A stretch of DNA of 25,669 bases. Origin: a virus (taxonomy: Duplodnaviria > Caudoviricetes). Under the pieces are notes generated by a model. That model saw only the letters and a list, made by a program, of their open reading frames with translations, had not been told where the DNA came from and made no database searches. Below, in pieces: positions 9,231 through 21,200 of the stretch. The position numbers and the translations under genes were made by a program. Position 1 is the first letter of the stretch. Each line of letters opens with the position of its first letter. Where the stretch lies: IMG/VR virus record IMGVR_UViG_3300020438_000244, positions 1-25,669 of that record, one strand, 5' to 3'.

Positions 9231-12200
9231 TTATGTGGTGTTCTTTATCGCACCTGTTTTTCTAAGTCCAGAGTCTCTTCTCTGTGTATGTGGGAACGTG
9301 GTTAATCCACTAACAGTCTTAGAAGAAACTGCAATAGATACTGGATTTGAGGATCTACTAAAACCAGTTAATCTACCCCAAGAGAACTTACCAATACCTC
9401 CACCAGTTGTTCCAATTCCAATAATGTTTGCATTTGGATCCACATTAGCAATAAAGTCTGCTTTATTTGCAGTTCTATTAATTGAGTTTATTTGGTATAT
9501 ATTATCTAAGAAGGTAGCACCTATACCCAAAGGAGTTCCATGTGCAGTATGTGAAGTAACTCCAGATCCAACTGAAGTATCAAAGATATAAATTGGATAT
9601 CCATTCTCTAAATCTGCAAACGTGCCAGTATCTTTCTCAAGGAAGAAATGAAGTGCTAAAGGATTACTACCACTACCAGATGCTGTTGATATTCCAGTAA
9701 TTATACCAGAGAATCCCTTAACATCACTTACATCACTAATAGTTTCCTGAGCAAGTATTGGTAATGGTGCAATAACTTGAGGAACAGATGCAGTTGTATA
9801 TCCAAGTCCTGGATTTACAACCGTAACTGCTGAAATAACTCCTCCTGTTATGGTTGCAGTTGCAGTTGCAGTTGTTCCTATACCAATTGAACCATCTGCC
9901 TGTACAAAGGTAGTAATACCTGTTTGTGGAGCACCAATAGAAATAGAAGTTGATACTCCAACATATCCAACTCCACCACTGGTTACATTGATTGATTGAA
10001 CTGTTCCAGCAGCAGAAACTACAGCAGTAAGAGAAGCTCTTTCTGGATTTTGAGATTGATCGACAATACGAATATCGAAATTGACTGGAGAATCATATTC
10101 AAATAAATCGACAGAATCAACATATAAAATATCATCTGTAGATTGAATATCAGAAATTATTCCTGCATTTGGGAAAACTAATGGTTCAATTTGAAGTCTT
10201 GACTTATCAATTATATTTCCATTAATAACTTTATCGGTTTTTTGCTTAATCCATTTTAAAGGACGATAAGTAGTTTCATCTATTCCTTGCTTATAATATA
10301 AATTAGTTTCAATTACATCTGAAGTTGTTATTCCGATAATAGTTCTCTTATTCTGAGTTAGAGATTCATCTACTCCATTTCTCTTCATTATCTGAACTTC
10401 ATCACCTTCTTTAACAGTTTCTGTTACATCAGTGAATGAAATATCATCATTAGATCCTTTATAGAAGAAAATTGTTACCTTATCATTCTCATCAGGTGCT
10501 TCAGTAAATATAAAACTTGTACCACCGTAGAAAGAATATGCAAATTCAGGTTCTTGTAGAACACCATTAACGAAAATTAATAATAGATTATTAACATCTA
10601 TAGAAGAAGATGAATCTGCTCTAAATGCTACTAATTCATCATTAAATTTCAATGGGAATCTCCTTCTTTCACCATCTTGTAAACTTTCAATAGAATCAAT
10701 AAAATCAAATTCTCCAACATTCCAAGAACCAAAAGTATCAGTAAATACTTCATTTACAGTAAATCTGAAATCTGTTGATGGTTCATAAACTAATCTATCA
10801 GTTACCAATCCAACAGGTCTGAAAACATCTCCTTTTCTAAATGAAGTTCCCTTTGTTGGGAATTTAAATTGACTTACCTCATATAAGTTAGAACCAATTC
10901 CAGTAGTAGCTGCTGCTGCAACATCAATATTAACAGTTAATCCACGTCCAGTATCTGTAGTTAAACCCAAACCTAATCTAGAAATACCTTGTATTGGAAG
11001 ATTATTATATGATGGAGATGGAGGAAGAATTCTTGGATTGATATATCCTGTTCCACCTGCACCAACAGTAAATTTCAATGCACCACCAGATCCAGCAGGA
11101 GATCTACCAACATTTACTGTAAATTTAGTGGTAGATAACACATCTTCAATACCCAAAGTAGAATTATGAGCAGGATCGGATACACTACCTAATAATTTTA
11201 CAGGTCTTGGATATGAATGAGTGGTAGTGTGCATATCCTGTGCACAAGTAAATGTCAATGTACTTGTACCTATTCCAACAGTATTATTTGCCTTCTGTAT
11301 ACCACTAGCTGCTGCAGAGACGTATGTATGTGCACTAACATCAGTAGATGGTGTAGAATTTAAAACTTGAATTTCAAAAGTATTAGAAGTTACATCTGCA
11401 ATCTGTATCCACTTATTAAAGATTGGATCAGTTCTTCTTGGGTAAGAATGGTTAGTTTGATTACCGTCTTTAGCACATGTGAATGTTAATGAATTCTCAG
11501 CAACTTTAACATAATCACCATTACTATATCCATGATTACCTGTAGTAATAATAGTTACAATACCAACTACAGGGTTATAAATTGCATTTGTTGCAGTCTG
11601 GAAACCTGCTGAAGTAAATCCATGAGTAGCAGTTGTTGTAACCGTTAATATTCCACTCACAGGATCGTAATCTGCAGCATTTGCCGTGAAAGGTCCTCCA
11701 GCATTTGCTGTAATACCACTACCAACAGCACTTACAAATATATGTTCATTATAATCAACCACAGTAGCGGTTATAACTGCCCCTGTACCACTTCCTCCAG
11801 CAGATCCAACACCAACTGTAATTGTATCAGTAGTGACTGCTGTAATCGCTAATGTGGCATTATGAGCAGGATCAGTTAAACGAGGATATAACTTTGTAGT
11901 AGTGTAATTATCACTTTCACAAGTAAATCCAATTGAACTAGTCGCAATACCAACAGTATTAGATATTGTTAATCCGTGAGCAGGTATTGTTAACACCATA
12001 ACTCCACTAGAGGAATCAAATGTTGCATCAGTAACAGTAAATGGTCCACCTGCATTTGCAGTAACTGAATTAATACCAGCACTTACAAATCTATGCTCAT
12101 ATGCAATATCAGTTACACCAATAGCAATTGTTCCACCTGTATTATATCCAGAACCATGGAAATCAGTAGTACCAAGTCCAACAGAAACTATAGATTGTCC

Positions 12201-15200
12201 AGCACCTGCCAAAACAGCAGTAACTGCTGCTCCAACTAAAGGTGCTATACCAAGTCCACCACTAGAACCAATTGAAATAATATCACCACTTCTAGGTAGT
12301 TGGTTTTGATTTATATCATCATCGCTTATAATTATACTGCCATTTGTAGATGTAATACCAGAGAATACAAAACTTGTAATTCCAAGAGCATCATTACCAT
12401 CAAGAGTATAATTATTTGAAAGATTAGTTTCTGTAGTTGGATTTTGGAAAATACCATTAATAACTACAAGACTACTACCAGTAGAAAGTCCAATAGTATT
12501 ACCACCACCTATAGTAGTTGTAAATGTCCTACCAATTCCAGTAAAATCAGTTGAAACATCATCAAATACTGCATTAGTAGAATAATCATTTCTTAAATAA
12601 ACTCTTCCACTAAAGTCAGATCTACCAGCATCACGATTAGATTCTGTTTTTTCTGTTACATTAGTACCTCTTGGTGCTTCACTAAAGTAAATACTATCTC
12701 CAACAATATTAAATCCACCCTTATACAATCTTACAGTATCTGCATCAGCATGAGTTGTAGCAGAAGAACCAACAAATCCTCTCTCAACTTCAATCATTGA
12801 TATAGTTCCAGTATCTACACCTACTGGTCCAACATTTGTTACTGCATATCCAACATTATTGACTTTTACATATTCTTCACCTATTTTTAAAATATCATTT
12901 AAAATAATAGAAGATATTCCAGCAATACCTAATACTGTTGTAGATATTGATACTTGTCCACTTACATTATTAAATAAAGTAGTAGTTACTGGAGTATATG
13001 AAAGTGGTGTTTGAATCACATTATCCAATGTAATTAAACTCTTTTCATTCTTCTTGAACATCTCAAATAAATGATAATTACCTGTTCCAAAACTTGTAAA
13101 TGTAGTACTAATTCCAGCATTAGCATCTGCTTGAGAAAGAGCTACATTGAATTGATTATCATCTATTTTTAATACATAAAGTTCACTTGGCAATGGATTA
13201 CCATCAGTTTGAATTGATGCAATTCCAACTCCTTCGATTGAAGAACCAGGAGTATAGATTATTCTTTCTTTATCATTAAAGAAATGATTTTCAATTGTAA
13301 TTATACCTGAAGTTAATGCAATACCGACTTGTGGATCAATATACTTTCCAAAAATTGGAACGTTCTTATGTCTTAACTTGAATGACTTACTATCAGCCCT
13401 ATCACCGTTTAATGAATCATATTGTACTAATGATTGAGAATCTACTGCAGCACCATAAGTAAGATCAGAAGGTATATTAATTAAATCAATGTCAGTATTA
13501 AATACTTCACTATAAGATTGAATTTGTATAGTTCCCGATATATCAGGATGGAATACTAATTCAAAATCAGATCCATTTAACTGAGAAGTAAATGTTCCAA
13601 TTCCAGAAGTACTTCCGATAGATATAAATGGATATTGTACAATATATGCATCAGTTCCATCATGTGCCATCATTATTTGATGAATAGCACTGGTATTTCC
13701 AATAGAAGCTCTTATAATATTCTTAACACTAGAAACTTTAGTCTTATTAAATTCTAGTATTGTAGAAGATGTAGAAACATTTGAGTATGAAGATTGTATT
13801 CTTAAAGAATTTTCTGAACCATCTGGTTGAGCAGTTGTCTTAAATCTATAAGTACCAATACCTGCTGCAGTAGTTCCAAATCCAACAACTCTAGATTGAA
13901 CAGAAACATTGTTAGATCTATCATTTTCATAATTTAATGATAAAATATTAGAATCAAGTTGTGATGTAAATGTTCCTATAAAGTTAGGAGTGTTGGTTTC
14001 AAATGAATAGTTAGCAACATATGAATTTGTTCCATCATGAGTTACATAGAAGTCAAAAATATTTGTTTCATTTGCAAAATTATCTCTAACCTCAATGCTT
14101 GCAAAATAAGATTCTATATCACTAATATTAGAAGATACTAAAGAAATAGATGATGAAGAACCAGCATTATTATTAATTCCAGTTAATGATACAAATCCAA
14201 GAGAAGTATCAGTACCAACACCAATTGCATTACTAAAAGTATTCTCAAAGACTTTAATATCAAGATCTGCATCGTAAATATCAACTGGATTGAATTTTAA
14301 TGAATATACATCAACTTCATTTTTATCTCCTTCAATATCAACTAATTCTGAATAATTAGCTGTTGTTCCACCAGCACCTAAAACACCTTTTTGTATAGTA
14401 TAGATGTTTTTATTAATATAATCTATTGATGTAAGTACTTCAGTAAATTGTATAGCAGAAGTTGATGGGTTTCTTGCTTGTACTAAAAATCTACCAAATG
14501 GATTTACTAAAGATAATGATCCATCAGTTTTAATATTATTAGATGCATTAGAGAATAATGGACTAATATTGTCTATATCTAAAACTCTATTAGTTAAACA
14601 TTTGAAGTAATTTACAAGTTCTCTAGTTCTAAATTGAATATATTTTGATCTTTGTGGATTTGTAAGTATGGAATCATCTCTTACTAAATCAAAATTATTA
14701 ATAGCATCTATTCTATTTTCAGTAGAAGTTAAATCCCGATTAATTGTTGTTACATCAACACTACCAGTACCAATTTTTGGTGATACTTGGGTAATAGTAG
14801 TATCAGCAAAATTCTTAAGTCCACTAGTATGAACTAAACTGTTTACTGGATCCAGTAATTTTTGATACTCAATTGGACTCTTAACTGTATATGATAAAGT
14901 TTGATAATAATCATTATCAGGAATAACTTGATAATCCTCATTTAATTTACCAATATTATCAATCCATCCTAGTTCTCTTCTTGATGAATAATCAACTTTA
15001 AATTTACCAGTATTAGGACTTAATTGATTAATAGTAGCAATAGAACCAGTATAAGAACCTTTGATTATATCATTTACTTTTAATTGATACTTACCAAGTA
15101 TTTTAATATAATCATTACCAATCTTATCAACAATTAAATTTCTTTCTATAAATTCTTTTCCATCATACACCAAAACTCTTTCATTTGAAGAGAAAGATGC

Positions 15201-18200
15201 TGCTTCTTGTGTAATTTTGAATTTAGGATACTTATTGTAATTTACAACAGAAGCATATGTTTGGGCAGTTTTAGCAAGTCCAGGATTATTGCATATTCCA
15301 AGTAAATTAAACTCAAACTTATATGGATTATTTCCTAAAGATGGTTTAGTGTTATAAGTATTTGTTACTGTATAGAAACTATATCCATTATTTGCAGAAT
15401 TAATAGTATCTCCTTCCCATTCATTTTCTATATTTTCTAGGAAGAATGTATCTCCAACAACAAAAGGATCTGTTGCAAACCCAACAATAGGTGTTGATAA
15501 AGTAAACGTAACAACTCCACTATTTGTATCCGTAACAATAGTAGATGCAACTGAAACTGAAGTAACTGTAATACCATTAGTGTTATCAAGAGATATTGCT
15601 GCAGCAACATCTATACCTTTAGGTTCAGATACAATCTTTATTGACTCAATTGCTTGACTAGATTCACTGACTGATGCTATTATAGATCCACTAAAATTAG
15701 GTTTTCTACTATTAGCATCAATAATGATTAATGTAGGATCGGTTTGATAATCCTGTCCACCATCAAGGATTTCAATAGATTTAACAACATTATAATCTCT
15801 TAAAGAAATTACAGGTGATATTTGTGCTATTGGTAATAAAGTTTTATCTGAAGGATATTCAAATCCAATATTATTAATTGTTGATTCTTTAATTTTATTT
15901 GCAGTTGTAGATCTTGGTAAAATCTGAGCATTAGTTCCTTGAGTAGAAGCAACACTTACAAATTCTGGTAACTTTTTATATCCTAGTCCACCAAAATTAA
16001 TACCAATATTTTCTACTGGACCGATATCACGAGTTGATTTTGTCGTATATCTTATAGTTCCTATACCAGTTTTAAAGGAATTTCCTTCATCTTCAGCAGC
16101 TGCATATTTAAGTACGTTTGGTTTATTTCTTAATAGAATATTAAAACTAGTATCACCTACGCCAATAATAGAATATTTTCCATTATATTCAGAATACTGA
16201 TGAGTATCGTAATATACCTTAGATCCATTTACAACATCGATATCAGATGTACTTATAAATCCTGATTTTTCAAGATTATAATATAAAACTTGAGGATTAA
16301 ATTCAGAGTAATTTAAAGTTACAGTAGCTGTTGTTCCACTACCTATAGTCCCTTCACTTGTGACAGAAGTAAGACTAGTAGATCCTGTAGATACAAATTC
16401 ATTTTTAAAGTCATTATCAAGATAGAATTTAAAATTATATCCAGATAAACTTGAATCTTTAACATCAAATACAAGACTATTATTTTTTATAATAGAAATT
16501 GGAGGATTTATTAAAGATATTGTATGATTTGATCCTGCTGTTGCAAAATCTACATTTACTGGAGGATAAACAGTAGAATCTTTATACGTTTTGCATAATT
16601 GAATAGTATTATCATCTATTCTATAAACAAAATATCCACGAGTAACTTGAGAAATGCCAGTAATAGTTGCATCTCCAGTATAATATACTTTATCCCCAGT
16701 CTTTAATCCATGCGAAGTAAGTGTTATAGCATCGGTAACAATATTAATTCCTGATGTAAAACTAATAGGGTTAATTACTAATTTCTCTATAGAAGAATTA
16801 TAAAGTAAAGAAATATTAGAACCTGTAGTAGCAATACCAACAGATTGAGTAGGTTCTACTATTAAATCAACAATACTCTGTTCTGGTAAAGTATGTGAAG
16901 TTGTGAGAGCAACTTTTGCATTAATTGTTTCAACGTCTGCCTGTACCTGACTAAAATTAGATTGGAAATAATACTCAAAATTATAAGCACCATTACCCAA
17001 GAAAAATAACCCATTTTCTATAGTATTCCCAGTACCAACAGATGACTGTAACTCACTTGTAACTCCAATATAATCAGAAGATTTATTGATGACATATAAA
17101 TTTGTATTGTTTATTAAACTATATCCACCAGGAACCGTTCCATCAGTAGATACTGCAATATTCGAACCAGTTGCAGGAATATTTAAAGTTATTTGCTGAT
17201 TTTTCTTAAATGGATGATTAGGTAGATAAATTGATTGGCAAGGAACATCAACTGAGTTTACAGTATCTCCAACAGATACATTTATACTTGAAGATAAACC
17301 TACTATCGTACATATTCCAATTGCTTCTCTAGGGTTAAAATAAACTACATCATCAAGTTGAGACTCAAAATAATCAACCTTTAAAGGTATATCAACAAAA
17401 CTAGGAATTAAATTAACAAGACTTGAAACTGTATGTGCAGTTCCAACAACTCCTCTTCTAACTCTTAATATATTTCTATCATCAAATTTATTAATAACTT
17501 CTAAATTTTCGGTACCTATACCAATACTACTACCAATAGAAATTAATTCTGGTATCCTTCCAACAAAAATATCAGTTATAACTCCAACTGAATGATTTAC
17601 AGCAACTTCTTTATAAAGAACTGTGTTTGTAGTCGTAACTCCTATTCTATGAGATCCTGTAAGTCCTTTAATAGCACTAGTAGTTACTCCAGAAATTACT
17701 ACATTATCACCATTTAATAAACTATGTGAGGTTGAAATATATGCAGATACTGTCTTAGAATCTTTCCAAATAATATCTACATTATCATATACACTATAAG
17801 TAGTATTAATTTCTTGAATTGATTTACCTTTTATAGAATCAACAAAAGCACTTAATCCACTTCCATTAGTTCCATCATTATTAAAAGTTAAATCATCTCC
17901 TACTTTATAATTATCTCCAGAATTAATAACTTGCAATGATTCAACAGTTCCTTGTGTTACAGAATCAACAGTAGTTAATTGTTGTTGAATATTGTCAGAG
18001 TTTATAATAAAATCATTATTAACAAAATTTTCGGAAACTTTATATGGGAAAGTATTTCGGATTAAATTTGAATTATTAAAATCATAATCTTGATTTATTT
18101 CACCTACTTCATCAACTACTGTTGGATTAGATTTATAACTATGTCCAATAAAATATGGATATTTTGCATCTAATTTTCCTGTAGCAAAATTAGTAGCAAC

Positions 18201-21200
18201 ACCGACAAAATATGCATATGTTCCATCAGGATAGTCTGGGGTTTTACAGTATCTTCCATTATGAATATCTAAATCTCCAGAACTATACACAAAATCTTGT
18301 GCAAAAAATCCTGCACTGAAAGAAGGTGGTCTATCTTCTATGTTAGAAATAGAAGCACTATATCCAGTATCCAATATTTTTATATCTGAGTTTGAATTTA
18401 AAGCATCACTATATCCCCATGGACCATAAATTGGATTTCCATCATATGCCCATCCAATAATTGGTGAATGAACCCCTCCAATATCATTAAAATTATTATA
18501 ACCAATATCAGTAGAATATCCAACTAAAGAATATCTTAATCCATATTTTGATGGAGACAATAATTCATAAGTATATTTTGAAGAATATGGAGCATCATTT
18601 TGTATACTATTTAAATTTAACTTTCTAATAAAAGCATCAAAGATAGCACCACTTCCTGCAGGAACAACTTTAATTGTTGTTTTATCTTGTGTATATCCTG
18701 TACCCCTATTAAGTACTTTAACATCAATTATTCTATTATAAGTTGATGAAGATGTATCTTTATCAATAATAGGTCTTAATTCTGCTGCAAAACCATCTCC
18801 TTCAACAATTAATTCGGGTGTAGAAAAATATTCATCACCACCACTATTAATTTGAACACCTATTATTTCTCCACTTGAATCAGTTGTTAAAGTACTTGCA
18901 GAAGCAACTATTGGTTTTAATGCTGGTAGAATAAGTTTATTATTTCTACTATTACCATTTTTTATAGTTATGTTGGGAGAATTTTCATAATTTATAACAT
19001 CAGTAGATCCATATCCACTTCCTTTCTCATATAAAACAGTATCTACGATTTTACCAGAAATAATAGGAATTAGATTTATTTTATCTGATGTTGCAACTCT
19101 ATATGCTGCATCTACAGAAATTGTAATATCAGGATATTTTACTACTTGATATCCAGTTCCTTTATTGGTAAAACTAGCATAATTATTTGTTATATAATCA
19201 GATGTTAATGTACCACCTACTCCAGCATTAGCAAGTCTAAAAGAATCATCATTTATTTTAATAATTTTATATTGTATTCCAGTACCATCGGTAGATATTC
19301 CAATAGATGTACCAGTAGTTCGATAATCTACTAATTCTCCCTCAGAAAATCCATGATTTTTAAATGTAAAGGTTGAATTAACTGTAGAAATACCAACTGC
19401 AGAAATAGAAACTTGTCTATTTTCAAATGTACCACCATTTACAATATCTACAGATGTTAATGTATTTTTAGCATGTTTTAATCTAAATTTATGTAAACCT
19501 TCTTTGGCTACAGCAGTAAATCCTACAGTATTAATACCTGCTGTATAATCCTTCTCACTTCTATAAAGATATACACTACTAATTCCTAATGATTGTACCC
19601 AATAAGATGAACCATTATCTAAAGTTTCATAATCTGCAAGATTATTACCATCAAAAGTTCCAATACCTAAATTTGGAGATCCATTGTTATTATAAACAAT
19701 AACATCTCCACTACGTAAATTATGATTAGTTTGACTAAATTTTAAAGTTTCATTAACTGAATCAACATCACCACCATTATTAACAAGTCTACCATCAAAT
19801 TCTAATTCTCTATTTCTTTTTTTAACAACAGGATTTAAAACAACATCCTTTGCATTACCACCTGTTATTTTAATCGAACGAACATCATCAACATCAAAAT
19901 CTTGAGGATCTATTTGTATTTTTTTAATATCACCCCGAACCACTGCAGTTGCTAACGCAGTATTTCCAACACCTACACCAATAGTAATATTTGGTGGATT
20001 AACTACATCATAATTATGTCCACCTGTAGCAATTTTAATATTATCAATATTTCCATAAAAAATAGCATCATCAGATTTACAATTCTCTATTTGAACACCA
20101 TTGATTAACATTCCAACAGGTCCAGAAATAGTTTCAGTAGAACTTGATGATTTTAAATCTCTACTTAAAGGATATTTTTTAAGTAATCTTTGTGCATCTA
20201 TTTCTTGATGATGATGTTTTAATAATGTAAATTTATGAGTGGAATTAGTAGTTATTCCAGATGGTAAATTTCCAAAACCTATAGCATTTAAAAATCCTAC
20301 AGTTCCTATACCAGAATCAACAAAGGCTTGATCTGGATATAGTTTAATTTTATTTGTTTCTGATAGATTTTCAACATAATATACACCCTCAGTTAAAATA
20401 CCTACAGCATCTGTTGGTTTAGTATAAACAACTGCATCTCCAGTAACGAAAGGAACCTGTTCAGAGAAGGATAATATATTATATGATGTATTTGCGGCAT
20501 CATAACCTTGAATCGAAGGAGAGGCACCTGAAGCGGTTATAGAGGTAATCTCAATTTCAGAAATATTTTTTTCAATCTCATATGATGGTAATGAGTTAGA
20601 GGCAACGTAAATATTCTCATCTGCTTCATTATAAGTATTTTGAATATCTGCAGTTAAAGTATTATTTCCATATTTAATTGGAGCACCAAAATCTTGCTTA
20701 CTATTAACTTTATTTAAAACTCTTCTTACATTATAAAATGTATTGCTATCAGCAACTAAGTCTTGTCCTATCGTGATTTTATTATCAACTGTATCAATAC
20801 TTATAATTTTAGTTGTAGTATCTCCATTTTTTAGTGGTTTTACTTGTTTGAAATCAAGTTCATTAGATGTTCTATATAAAACTTCAACAGTATCTCCTAC
20901 TTTAAAAGTAGTTCTATCAATAGGTACTATTAAAGGTAATGTCGCATCATCAAATATACCAGTAACCTCATTTGTACATTGATAACTAGCAGCAGTATTA
21001 TAAATCCAAGAATTAAAATGAACTTCCTTATTAGTTTTGTTAATAATTGGATTTTCTATTCTCTCACCTAAACTTTTAACAAGAATTCTTTCACCTTCTA
21101 TAACTAAATTCGTATTATCATCAGGAATAAATTCTGCAAGAACTCCAGTTATTCTTAACTCAACAGGTTTAGATATATCACCATTCTCATAACCAATAAT

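Noticed and set aside
8385-9591. ORFs 8385-8582 (+), 8420-8626 (-) and 9235-9591 (+)
   Set aside because: They lie within gp8 or gp7 in alternative frames, with no protein-like features or expression signals.
9853-9874. (gttgca)x3 micro tandem repeat
   Set aside because: It is an in-frame hexamer encoding TATATAT in a G/T/A-rich spacer, too short to call a contingency locus.
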